Shown here: positions 1 through 10,400 of the stretch, one piece after another
Layout of the letters: each line of letters begins with the position of its first letter
Numbering within the stretch: the first letter of the stretch is position 1
DNA from: Fidelibacterota bacterium
Lineage (GTDB): Bacteria > Fidelibacterota > Fidelibacteria > Fidelibacterales > DSDE01
DNA length: 64,000 bases
Direction of reading: 5' to 3'
NCBI GenBank assembly: GCA_046735395.1
Contig: JBJKQR010000012.1
Coordinates: 160,001-224,000, forward strand
Notes under the pieces: model-generated
The model's database searches: none
Seen by the model: only the letters and a program-made list of their open reading frames with translations
What the model was told of the DNA's origin: nothing
Made by a program: the position numbers and the translations under genes

Positions 1-450
1 AATATCGCCATTCCGCTGGTATTCAATCTGAGTGATCCCGTATCTCTGGATCTGGCTCCTGAACTGAATAATCCGCAGGATATACCGGAGGAGCTGGAGA
101 ATGCACTCATTCATGCAAAAATCAATTCCGGCTTCGATTTCGATGTGTCGGTTGATGTTCTCGCCGCGAGGGATACAACGGATTTTGAGACGGGTACAGG
201 TGTCGATACCATCGCCTCTCTCTATATTCCCGCGCTGGATACGACTACTCAGACTCTGGATTTGTCGGATTATGTCCTATCCCTTCTGAAGGACAGTGTG
301 TATATCAAGAATAATATTACCCTGATGGGAAACGGGCCGAATTCCCGGATTCTGGCCACCGATTCTCTCAGTCTGCGACTGTATGGAACGGTGGATGCAC
401 TGGTCGACGTGAATAAGGATACAACGAGCACGGGAGGAGCACAGAAATGA
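1..450 (+). CDS. 5'-truncated hypothetical exported/lipoprotein (C-terminal part)
   Basis: Frame 1 is open from base 1 (NIAIPLVFNL...) to TGA at 448-450; the stop overlaps the next start (ATGA). Confidence 0.7.
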   Translation, partial: NIAIPLVFNLSDPVSLDLAPELNNPQDIPEELENALIHAKINSGFDFDVSVDVLAARDTTDFETGTGVDTIASLYIPALDTTTQTLDLSDYVLSLLKDSVYIKNNITLMGNGPNSRILATDSLSLRLYGTVDALVDVNKDTTSTGGAQK

Positions 451-2087
451 AACGATTTAATCTATACGTCTTTGCCCTGACGGCTGCTCTTTTCATGTCC
501 GTTCCTGTCTTTGCGCAGGATGCACAGAATGACGAAGGATCAAATATAGAAGAAGTGCGGACCCGGTCCGAACAGGCTTTCAACGAACTGGATGCCCAGT
601 TTATTGATGATCTGGGTGACAGCACTGCCGTCTATGACCTGACCACGGCGCCCGAACCGGTTGATACGGTGAAGGAGGAGGAAAGCGCCCCCGTTGAATT
701 TAATTTTTCGACGGAGACGGATACGACCTACAGTTACAGCACCAGCCCCGATTTCACTACTATCACGACGGCGCCCATTGATTACGGTCATAACCAGAAA
801 ATTGGTGACGAGACCGACCGGGCCTATATCATCTTCAGCCGCATATACCGGCGGCCAACCTACGCGATCAGCAATCCGGCGAATATCGGAGTGAAGAGCC
901 AGACTCTCTTCGCGCTGTCACTGCCCGGACTGCCCTTTCCGAATATTGGCCTCTCGCTACAGAATAATTCCTTTAACCTGAGCACGCTCAATACCTACTT
1001 CAATGACGGGCGGCTTCTGACTCCGGAAGAACTCAGTAATTTCGTCAATCTCTTTTATGATGACGGACTGACACTGAATGGAAATCTGTCACTGCCGACC
1101 CTTCTGGGTTTCCGTTTTCCGGTGGGCTACGGATCCATGTTCATCAATACCGGACTCAAGGTGGAAACAGACGGAACCCTGCCCGGTGAAGTTCTGGCCA
1201 TTCCCTTTAAGGGGATTCATTTTGATGAACCCGTGTATACGGAAAATCTGAAAATGGTGGTAGGAACCTACCTGAAAACCAATATGGGCTACGGAACGGA
1301 TATTCGTCTGGCCGGGATTGGGGACCTTCGCGTCGGTGCCGGGGTGAATCTCTACACCGGATCTTTCGCCACCATCGATACCAAGCATCTTCAGATCCTG
1401 TCCACACCCGATTCGGTCACAGTCAGCGGCAGTGCATATGCGTCCTATCTGGATGTGGAAAATCCCAATTTTGATCCGGCATCCGTCGCCAGTGTTCAGC
1501 CCGGATACGACATCGGAGTGGGGCTCCACCTGCGTCTGGGTGAACTGCTTCCCTGGTCCGAGCTGCGCTATAATGACCTGGACATCCAGGTGGGCGTTCA
1601 GGATATCGGTGCTACGCTTTCATCTGGAGAGATGGTTAAAAAACACTATTCCATGGCCGGGAGTGTCGCCGATCTTCAGGTCTTGCAGACCTCGGATAAT
1701 CTCGATTCACTGCTCAATATGCAGGAAATCGTGCTGGATTCCGGATTCGTGGACAAGTATAATATTTCCACGAAGATGAACCTGACCGCAACCTACCAGC
1801 CCCTGAGTTTTCTGCTGCTGGAAGCCGGGATGACCACTTTTCTGACCAACGGCCTGGGTTATGACGATGCCCCGCACTGGAAGCTCAATGCCTGGCTGTT
1901 TCCCGCGAAATGGTTCAATGTGACCGTCGGCGTGCAGCAGGGCTATGCCCGTCAGATGACCTATAATTCCGGATTCGCACTGATCGGAAAGCATTATGAA
2001 TTCGGGCTGGATACCTATCTGATCGGCGGGATGGGGGATCAGGTGAGCGGACTCGGAGTCCGCATCACAAATAATCTCTACTTCTAA
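447..2087 (+). CDS. Outer-membrane beta-barrel protein, DUF5723-like
   Basis: Signal peptide (VFA|QD), NPANIG motif, alternating beta strands, C-terminal ...ITNNLYF. Confidence 0.6.
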   Translation: MKRFNLYVFALTAALFMSVPVFAQDAQNDEGSNIEEVRTRSEQAFNELDAQFIDDLGDSTAVYDLTTAPEPVDTVKEEESAPVEFNFSTETDTTYSYSTSPDFTTITTAPIDYGHNQKIGDETDRAYIIFSRIYRRPTYAISNPANIGVKSQTLFALSLPGLPFPNIGLSLQNNSFNLSTLNTYFNDGRLLTPEELSNFVNLFYDDGLTLNGNLSLPTLLGFRFPVGYGSMFINTGLKVETDGTLPGEVLAIPFKGIHFDEPVYTENLKMVVGTYLKTNMGYGTDIRLAGIGDLRVGAGVNLYTGSFATIDTKHLQILSTPDSVTVSGSAYASYLDVENPNFDPASVASVQPGYDIGVGLHLRLGELLPWSELRYNDLDIQVGVQDIGATLSSGEMVKKHYSMAGSVADLQVLQTSDNLDSLLNMQEIVLDSGFVDKYNISTKMNLTATYQPLSFLLLEAGMTTFLTNGLGYDDAPHWKLNAWLFPAKWFNVTVGVQQGYARQMTYNSGFALIGKHYEFGLDTYLIGGMGDQVSGLGVRITNNLYF

Positions 2088-2111
2088 ATCCGAATTATTA
2101 TTAATCCCTTT

Positions 2112-2140
2112 AAAACCGGTCTTCGGGCCGGTTTTTTTTT
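2112..2140 (+). terminator. Rho-independent terminator
   Basis: AAAACCGGTC-TTCG-GGCCGGTTTT hairpin followed by a T run. Confidence 0.85.
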
Positions 2141-2235
2141 ATTCTTCACATTTTATCGGGACATATGGGGAGGACGCAGACTCCGGCTATTTTCACGGAA
2201 AAGCGCTTTATCTTTCATGATTTGGACACTAAATT

Positions 2236-3834
2236 GTGCCGATGCAGTGGATGAAAATTTTCAGACGGCCGGTCGATGCGGCGCTGTGCTCCTATGTGGA
2301 AATGCACAGCTGCCCGCCTTTTTTTCCGTCCCGTTATTTTCGCCGGGAGCCGGAGGTGGTGGCAGACGCGCCCTGGCGGGTTGTCCGCGGCCGGGATATT
2401 CCCGTCGCCATCATGATCAGGGATGCGCACCTCTATCCCGCCGAACTTGTTTCACTGCAGATTGTGGACGGCGAAGGCCGTTGCCTGGCCCGCAGAGAAT
2501 ATAATCAGATTCTGAAAGAGCCTTTTTTCCATGAATTAATTACGCTGCCGGTGACGGAACATTTTCCGGATCATCCGCTGCAGATTCTGCTGAATGTTGA
2601 CATTGAGCTCCGGGTCGGGAAAAAACAGATCCGGGTCCGTAATCATAATCTGAAAACCCTCAGTCACGATGCTCTGGACATCCGCATCGCGGAGGCGCCT
2701 CTGCCGGGGCCTGAAAACCTGCTGTACGGCGATATTCACTGTCACAGCGAATTTACCTGGGATGAGATCGAATATGGAGCGCCCATTCCGGTGCTGGCCG
2801 CCTTTGCGGCCGCCATGGGTCTGCACTGGCAGCCGGTGACGGATCACAGCTATGACCTGGACCGGGACCTGTATTCACTGCAGCGCGCAGCCGACGGCTT
2901 CCCGCGCTGGGAGGAGCTGGGCCGTCAGGTCCGGGCCCATTCGTCCCCCGAGCTGCTCATGATCCGTGGTGAGGAACTCTCCTGCGGAAACCGCCGCAGG
3001 CAGAATGTCCATATGCTGATTCTGGGGCATGATGAATGCATTCGAGGCCGGGGAGACGCAGGTGATCTGCTGCTTCGAAATAAGGCCGATCAGCAGGCTG
3101 ATGACGTTGCCCGGCGGGTAGCGCCGGCCCGTCCCTGTATCGCGGCCCATCCCTATGAAAATATTCCCCGGGCTGAACGATGGCTGCTGAACCGGGGGCA
3201 ATGGGATGAGGATCCGGATCCGGCTATCCGCGGACTGCAGATTCTGAATGGCCGTCTGGACGAATCCTGGGACAGGGGACGGAAAATCTGGATACAGCGC
3301 CTGCTGAGAGGTGAAAAGCGATTTATTTACGCCGGCAACGATGCCCACGGAAATTTCAACCGTTACCAGCAGATCCACATACCTCTCTGGTCCCTGACTC
3401 AGGACCGGGAAAAACGGTTCGGACGCTTCATGACCGCCGTCTGGGTATCGGAGCCGAAGGAAGCGGCACTATTGGACGCGCTCAGCGCTGGAAACTGTTT
3501 TATCGGCAGCGGGCCAATGCTCATTCTGGGCAGCGGCAATGTGGAGGCTTTTCAGAGCCGGATGGGAGAGACGCTGACGGGCGAGTCCCTGTCCGTATTT
3601 TTTGAAAGCAGCTGTGCGGAAGACCGGGAGGGAGTGATCCGCATCTGGGCCGGAACCGGGGAAGGGCTCCGGGAACGCCATTTGCTGGCCTTTCATCCGG
3701 ATACATCCTTAAACCGGACAGAGATCAGCTCTCATCTGCTAGGGGATGAACTCTATGTGAGGGCAGAGTTCCGGTCCGCCGCGAATGTGGCCCTGACCAA
3801 TCCGGTATGGTTTGACAGGGTTGATTTGCCATAA
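2236..3834 (+). CDS. PHP-domain (CehA/McbA-like) metallohydrolase
   Basis: GDIHCHS, VTDH, GEE, IAAHP, GNDAH and C-terminal ALTNPVW motifs. Confidence 0.75.
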   Translation: MPMQWMKIFRRPVDAALCSYVEMHSCPPFFPSRYFRREPEVVADAPWRVVRGRDIPVAIMIRDAHLYPAELVSLQIVDGEGRCLARREYNQILKEPFFHELITLPVTEHFPDHPLQILLNVDIELRVGKKQIRVRNHNLKTLSHDALDIRIAEAPLPGPENLLYGDIHCHSEFTWDEIEYGAPIPVLAAFAAAMGLHWQPVTDHSYDLDRDLYSLQRAADGFPRWEELGRQVRAHSSPELLMIRGEELSCGNRRRQNVHMLILGHDECIRGRGDAGDLLLRNKADQQADDVARRVAPARPCIAAHPYENIPRAERWLLNRGQWDEDPDPAIRGLQILNGRLDESWDRGRKIWIQRLLRGEKRFIYAGNDAHGNFNRYQQIHIPLWSLTQDREKRFGRFMTAVWVSEPKEAALLDALSAGNCFIGSGPMLILGSGNVEAFQSRMGETLTGESLSVFFESSCAEDREGVIRIWAGTGEGLRERHLLAFHPDTSLNRTEISSHLLGDELYVRAEFRSAANVALTNPVWFDRVDLP

Positions 3835-4371
3835 TTAAGACTGTTTATCGGCTATCTGTTTTTTCAGATAAAGGCGGCTGTTTTCCAGCAGCTGCAGGAC
3901 TTCGGGCTGCAGATAATCCGCATAGGTCCAGGGCAGGGGCTGAAAGCGGCCCTGGTGAACGGTGAGGGTCAGTTCGGAATAGATTCCATCGGCGAGATAG
4001 ATGCGATGGGAAAAACCCTTGGTGCTGAGGAGACTGAAATTGAAGAGGCTGATAGCGCCCGGATCCACATTGATCCGACGTTTACCATTGACCGTATAGT
4101 CGGCCTCCAGCTTATTGCTTTCCTTTTTCAGAAGCTGGAAATTTTCCAGGCTGAGCCGGCGGCGGAAGCTCATATACCGCTTGTAGAGGGGTGAGCCCAT
4201 TTCCTTTTCGTAATAGGCGGTGTGGTCACTGAAGCGCAGGTAGTCGCTGACTTCCAGAATCTCCCCGTACCGGCCCCGGAGGAGCTCGATAATTTTATCG
4301 CCTATAGCCGTATCTGCCACAGTAAGGCCCTGAAACAGAAGAATGTCCGGAGCGCCGTGTTCCTTACCCAT
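3835..4371 (-). CDS. DUF4416 family protein
   Basis: TAYYEKEMG, RRINVDPG, STKGFSHRIYL..GIYSEL, LPWTYADY motifs. Confidence 0.8.
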   Translation of the reverse strand: MGKEHGAPDILLFQGLTVADTAIGDKIIELLRGRYGEILEVSDYLRFSDHTAYYEKEMGSPLYKRYMSFRRRLSLENFQLLKKESNKLEADYTVNGKRRINVDPGAISLFNFSLLSTKGFSHRIYLADGIYSELTLTVHQGRFQPLPWTYADYLQPEVLQLLENSRLYLKKQIADKQS

Positions 4372-5620
4372 TCAGTTTGCCTGCAATGTGACGCAGATGA
4401 TCGGCCACCTCCACTTCCTCGGGAATCCGGCCGTCTTTCATGACAAGGCGGCCCCGGGAAATGACGCTGCGGATGGCCCGGCCCCCGTCGCCGTAAATCA
4501 TGTCGGACAGGAGGGAGTGGCCGGGGAGCAGACTGAAATGATTCAGATCGACCAGCAGCAGATCCGCGTCCCGGCCGACGGCAATGCGTCCGCCCCCGGT
4601 TCCGAAAATCTGCGCGGCGCTGTCAGTCAGCAGAGAAAAACATTCCTCCGCAGGCAGGACGGTGGCGTCATTCTGCTGAAGTTTGGTCATCAGTGAGAGA
4701 TATTTCACATCATTGAGAATATTCAGGGCGTTATTGCTGGCGACACTGTCGGTTCCGATGCAGACCGGGATCTGCCGTTTCCGGTATTCGGAGTAGGGGA
4801 AGAGCCTGCCCACGACCAGCTTGGCATTGGATACGGGATTGGCCACGGCGGAGACCCGTTTCCGGGCCATGAGCTCCAGTTCGTCCTCATCCACCCAGAC
4901 GGCATGGGCCAGGGTGATATCGCTGTTCAGCAGGCCCAGATCGTTCAGGTAATGGAGCGGCCTGCGGCCGTGCTGACGGAGACAGTCCGTCACTTCACCC
5001 TCCGTTTCGCTGAGATGGATATGCAGGGGCAGATTATGCTTCTCCGCAAACCCGCTGATCCACTTCAGCTGGGATTCGGACACGGTATAAATGGCGTGGG
5101 GAGACACGGCAAACTGTATCCCCGCCGGATCGTCATGACTGGCTTCGAACTGTTTTTCAATATTCCGGCGGTCACGCTTTTCCTGATCCGGATTGCCGGC
5201 ATCCAGAGCGGGAACGGGCAGACGGGCGCTCATACCCGAATCGCGGACAGCCCGGACGACCACATCCCGATGCCAGTACATATCGGAAAAAAAGGTGATT
5301 CCGTAGCGGATCATCTCCTGACAGGCAAAGCGCGTGCTCCAGTAAATATCCTCCGGATCAAGCTTCGCTTCCGCCGGCCATATCTTCGTCTCCAGCCAGG
5401 GAATGAGCTCCATATCGTCGGCCATGCCCCGGAGCGCGGCCATGCCCGCGTGGCTGTGGCCATTGTAAAAGGAGGGAAGGACGGCCATTCCGGATGCATC
5501 TAAAACCTCTGTATCCGGGCCAGCTTCCGCCGGTCCGATTGCTTCGATGACGCCCGCTGCGATGCTGATATCCGTCAGGCTGCCGTCAAGCACTGCGTTT
5601 TTCACGATGAGTTTGTTCAT
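4364..5620 (-). CDS. mtaD: Amidohydrolase, 5-methylthioadenosine/S-adenosylhomocysteine deaminase-like
   Basis: NGHSH, PHAIYTV, HIHLSET, AHAVW, GTDSVASNN motifs. Confidence 0.75.
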   Translation of the reverse strand: MNKLIVKNAVLDGSLTDISIAAGVIEAIGPAEAGPDTEVLDASGMAVLPSFYNGHSHAGMAALRGMADDMELIPWLETKIWPAEAKLDPEDIYWSTRFACQEMIRYGITFFSDMYWHRDVVVRAVRDSGMSARLPVPALDAGNPDQEKRDRRNIEKQFEASHDDPAGIQFAVSPHAIYTVSESQLKWISGFAEKHNLPLHIHLSETEGEVTDCLRQHGRRPLHYLNDLGLLNSDITLAHAVWVDEDELELMARKRVSAVANPVSNAKLVVGRLFPYSEYRKRQIPVCIGTDSVASNNALNILNDVKYLSLMTKLQQNDATVLPAEECFSLLTDSAAQIFGTGGGRIAVGRDADLLLVDLNHFSLLPGHSLLSDMIYGDGGRAIRSVISRGRLVMKDGRIPEEVEVADHLRHIAGKLNG

Positions 5621-5695
5621 AGGGAAAATTTATCATATTCCCCCGAGAACGGCTAAATATTTTAATGTTGAATGTTGAATATAACAGCCGTTTGC

Positions 5696-6125
5696 GGGTT
5701 GGATGGTTGATGCGTTCATGCGGAAGAACGTTTCTCGCAGAGCTCGCAAAGGGCGCGAAGGAAGGTTAAGGTTGAGGATGAGGTTGAGGCTGAGGAAGAA
5801 ACGAGAATTTGCCCTGCTATAAAAAACGGTGCCCTCTTACCGCGTAACTCGATACTCGATACTCGTTACTGCTAATGCGTAGACGGGTAAATGAGTAGAT
5901 GAGTACATGCGGAAGAAACGAGAATTTGCCCTGCTATAAAAAACGGTGCCCTCTTACCGCGTAACTCGATACTCGATACTCGTTACTGCTAATGCGTAGA
6001 CGGGTAAATGAGTAGATGAGTAGATGAGTAGATGAGTAGATGAGGGAAGAAACGGAACCTGTAAAATTGTAAAGTAGTAAAGTGGTAGAGTTGGAAAGAA
6101 ACGAGAATTTGCTCTGCTGTGGATT
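5696..6125. repeat. Modular intergenic repeat block with a 112-bp direct duplication and 6-8-nt tandem repeats
   Basis: 5794-5905 equals 5911-6022; (ATGAGTAG)x4 at 6008-6039; GATACTC and GAGGTT-like units; core GAAACGAGAATTTGCYCTGCT three times. Confidence 0.9.
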
Positions 6126-6642
6126 CGAAATCGGCCGAAACCGGCCCCTGAACCGCTTCCTGTTTCTTGAAAAAAAATTGGCTCTGCTTAAAAAAAAGTT
6201 TGCTATCCGGTCATAACATCGTATTTTTACTTCAGTTTATGAGTGATGACAGATAAGGAAACGGATCCGGAAATGATTCCGGTCCGGGAACGCGGAAGGA
6301 AGAAGTGGAGTACGGAAGCGTGAGACAGGAATGTGAAGGGGACGGAAAGCCGGTCCGGAGCGAATTTTGTATCGGGGCTATTCGATGCCCGGGCAGAGAG
6401 AAACAAAATGAGTTCAGTATTAGAGAAAATAAACACAATTGTGGTTAGCCCTCCAAATAAGAGGAATAACTGCAATGTGGTTTACACAAACGTTATGCGT
6501 TCATGCTGCAAGACCGATGAGACATAGATAAAATGATGAAAAAACAACGCACAAATAGCACATTTGCAAGCCCCGACACACAGGCAGATACTTCAGCTTG
6601 CAAAAGAGCCAAATTTTTGCCATCACACATATGAATTAGATT

Positions 6643-7473
6643 ATGATTAAAAACTGGTTAGAATATAATGAAGAGAATAAAGCAAAATATGTTTTTAAGC
6701 TCGTTCAGATAACGGAAAAAGATAAACCTGATGATGACTTAATTAATCTTTTAAAAGAGACTATTTTGACTTCATATAGAAGTTTAAAATTTTATGAATT
6801 CCATTTTGGTGATACTGCAACAGAAAAACAAATAAAGAACTATATACTAAACAATGTTTTACCAAAGGCAGAAAATCAATTTGATAAAAATGTTAGACAA
6901 GGTGATTGGGGAGAAATATTATCAGGACTAATTGTAACCTATTTTCAAGGTTTATCTATCCCGATTAATAAACTTCAGTGGAAATTTAATAAAGATAAAG
7001 CAGTTTTTGGTACAGATTTAATTGCTTTCAATAATGGTGAAAAAATTGAAGACATTTACTATTATGAAATCAAAACAAGATTAAGACCAGATATAAAAGA
7101 AGGGAAAAAAACCAATCGACATTATATTTCCATCTTAGCCCATAACAGTTTATTAATGGATGAATTAGCGCCGACAGAATCCATTGCAGATTTTCTTGAG
7201 AGATATTATGTAGATAAAGAAGATTTCTCGACTGCATCTAAATTTAAAGATATTGTAAAGAATCCTCAGGACTATAACCGAAAATTTGAACTTTTCTTGA
7301 TTATTGAAAAGAATAATTTTATAGAAGAAATTTTAACCGATTTAGAAAATTTACCCCCTCAACTTGACCCTCTTTCAGTTACAATAGTTTTTATCGATGA
7401 CTTGACTGATTTGGTTGATAAAACATGGGATGGAATTGAGACTGTGCTAATTGATAAGTTTGCCAAAAAGTAG
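6643..7473 (+). CDS. hamA: Hachiman HamA-like (DUF1837) PD-(D/E)xK nuclease-fold protein
   Basis: RQGDWGEIL, KLQWK...FGTD, YYEIKT motifs; directly upstream of a Ski2-like helicase; AT-rich. Confidence 0.7.
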   Translation: MIKNWLEYNEENKAKYVFKLVQITEKDKPDDDLINLLKETILTSYRSLKFYEFHFGDTATEKQIKNYILNNVLPKAENQFDKNVRQGDWGEILSGLIVTYFQGLSIPINKLQWKFNKDKAVFGTDLIAFNNGEKIEDIYYYEIKTRLRPDIKEGKKTNRHYISILAHNSLLMDELAPTESIADFLERYYVDKEDFSTASKFKDIVKNPQDYNRKFELFLIIEKNNFIEEILTDLENLPPQLDPLSVTIVFIDDLTDLVDKTWDGIETVLIDKFAKK

Positions 7474-7479
7474 CGCCTA

Positions 7480-10400
7480 ATGAATAAAGATGAATACATA
7501 AGCGAATTAAAAACTGACATTTATACTTTAATCAATGAATATAAGTTGAATAATCATAAGAGTCAGGCATTTGCCTGGAAGCTAAATGCTGCTTTTAATA
7601 GAACATTTGACGAAAACTATTTATGGAATAGAGCATTGTTTTTAGCAACAAACAGTTGTTTTCTCCTTCAAAATAACGCATATAAAAAAACTGCAATAAA
7701 AGGTCTTTATGAAAGCGCAGAGATTTATGAATATTTAAGTGAACTTCCTGAAATTTCTGAGAAATTTGATAAGGATTACCTTCAAGTGCTATCTGCTTTG
7801 TGTTATGATTTATCAGGATATCAGTCAAATGCATTTTGTGTAGCTGATAGGATTAAAAATCTTGAACTCATAACAGATAAGGAGGATTTAGAACTAAGTA
7901 TTGATAATAAAATAATTGAACAGATACGATTAATACTATTAAAAAAAATTCCTCTTGCCAATAATAAATTAAACGATAGTCGATTAGAAGAAGATTATGG
8001 TTATTCTCTATTTTTAAAGGCAGTTGGTGAGTGGTACGAGTATCTTTTAAAACTTAATGAAGATGATTACTTATTAAGTTTAGAGCAAGTTTATAAACAC
8101 TATCTATATTCAAAAAACACATATATTTCTCATTTGCTATTTCTTCTAAAGACACGTATTAAAATATCTAATGAGAGAAGTATTTGGAACAATCTAAAAT
8201 CTAATGAGTGGATTGCTTCCAATTCACAATGGAAGAAGTATGTTAAACTTCTTGCGTATGATTATTATGCAATCAACTCAATAAAAGATATAAATCAAAG
8301 AAAATCCATTTTTGAGTTTTGGACTTCTCAAATTAGAGCAATTGAAAATGGACTTATAGTTCAGGATGAAAATTTTGTTGTCCAAATGCCAACGAGTGCT
8401 GGAAAAACTTTTATTGCTGAGCTTTCAATTCTTAAATACTTGATTAAATACCCAAATAAAAAATGTGTTTATGTAGCACCTTTTAGAGCGTTGACAAGTG
8501 AAAAGGAGATCGAGCTAAGTAAGTATTTTTCAAAATTAGGATTTTCGGTTTCTTCCCTATCTGGAAGTTATGAAATTGATGAATTTCAAGATGTTGTTTT
8601 ATCTGACTCTGATTTATTAATTGCAACTCCAGAAAAAATTGATTTGCTTCTTAGGCTTAATCCTGATTTTTTTAAAAATGTTGCATTCGTTGTAATAGAT
8701 GAAGGGCAAATAATAGGAGATATCAGCACAAGAGCTACATTACTTGAATTTTTAATAATTAGATTAAGAATAAAAATACCAGAAATAAAGACATTATTTA
8801 TTTCTGCAGTTATGCCACCTGAAAATGCTAATGAATATTCTTTATGGTTAAGTGGCACACCTGATAATGTTCTTAGGTCATTAAAATTTGATGATAGTAA
8901 TACAAATGATGAATGGGAACCGACAAGAAAGCTAATTAGTTACTTTGAATGGGTCGGTGAACATGGAGACATTACTTTTCAAAATGTTGAAACAGAAGAT
9001 GAAAAGACAAGAGTTAAGCAAGGAGCGAAACTTTACTCTTTCTTGAAACACAAGGAATTTGGTAATAAATTTCCTAAAAAGAAAAACAAAAAAGAATCAG
9101 CAGCTGCATTAGCATATAAATTCTCTGAAGATGGAAATACATTAGTGTTTTGTGCACAGGTTCCTCGCATTAAATCAGTTGCAACCTCATTTTTAGAACT
9201 CTTATCTGAGATTGATGATTTACCTGAAAGATTTCAAATTGATTCTAATAGAAAATCATCTTATTATGCCAATCTATGGTTTGGCAGTGAATCTTATATA
9301 ACACAATCTATTCAACATGGTATCGGAATACATTACGGTGATATGCCAGAACAGGTGCGTAATGCGGTTGAAGATGATTTTAGAAACGGTAAGCTTAAAG
9401 TATTATTATCCACTAATACAGTCGGTCAAGGATTGAATTTTCCTATAAAGAATCTAATATTTTATGAGACCCAGATAAATCGTGTTAATGACACCAATAT
9501 TTACATTCAGTTTCGTGATTTTTGGAACATTGTGGGAAGAGCTGGTCGAGCAGGAAAGGAAACAGAAGGGAATATAATTTTCATAATAAACACAGCAACT
9601 GATAGGCGTTTGTACGAAGGTTATATTAATAAAGAAAATATTGAAGATGCAGATAGTCTTTTTTTTAAAGTAGTGGATGCATTAGAAAATAGAGTTGGTT
9701 ATAGAGATAGAAATTTCAATTCAGACCTTTCAATTTTATCGGAGACATATTTGTTAGATTTATTGTCTGAAGAAATAATTGGGACTGAATATGAAGAAAT
9801 AATTGAAAAAATCATCAATAATAGTTTATTTAAAGTCCAATTAGATAAAAGAGGATATGATGTTGAACCAATTAAAAGAGGTTTTAATAGAATTTTTAAA
9901 TCTTTTGAAGATGATTCAACTTATGAACAATTATCAATATATCGTATAACAGGCTTTTCTTACAAAAGCAATAAGATAATAGATGAGTTTATAAGTGAAC
10001 ATCTTGATGATTTATCGGCAATTACTGAAGAAGATAATTATCTTGAAATTGTAAAAATTTTCTTACGGCTAATAACTGAGAATGACATTGATGAATTGGA
10101 AGACTATAAGTTGGACAACTTAAATATCGTGCCTGAAGATTATTATGACATTATTGAACAATGGATTTCTGGCACCACTATTCATGAACTTATTACACTT
10201 TGGCAGAAATCCAAGAATAAGAAAGTTTATGAATTACATATATTTATATCAAAAGCTATGTATTATCTATATCCTTGGGGTTTTTCCTCTTTCTTGTTAA
10301 TTCTTGCTTATAAATTGAATATTCAGTACGAAGATTTTCCTGAGAATATAAAGAATCTAACAAGTTATATAAAGTTTGGAGTTAATAATTCAACAAGTTG

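Noticed and set aside
5794..6120. Possible CRISPR array
   Set aside because: Irregular spacing, duplicated and low-complexity spacers, no cas genes.
6227..6527. Short ORFs of 64-82 aa before hamA
   Set aside because: No motifs or convincing RBS; they overlap on both strands in a probable non-coding junction.
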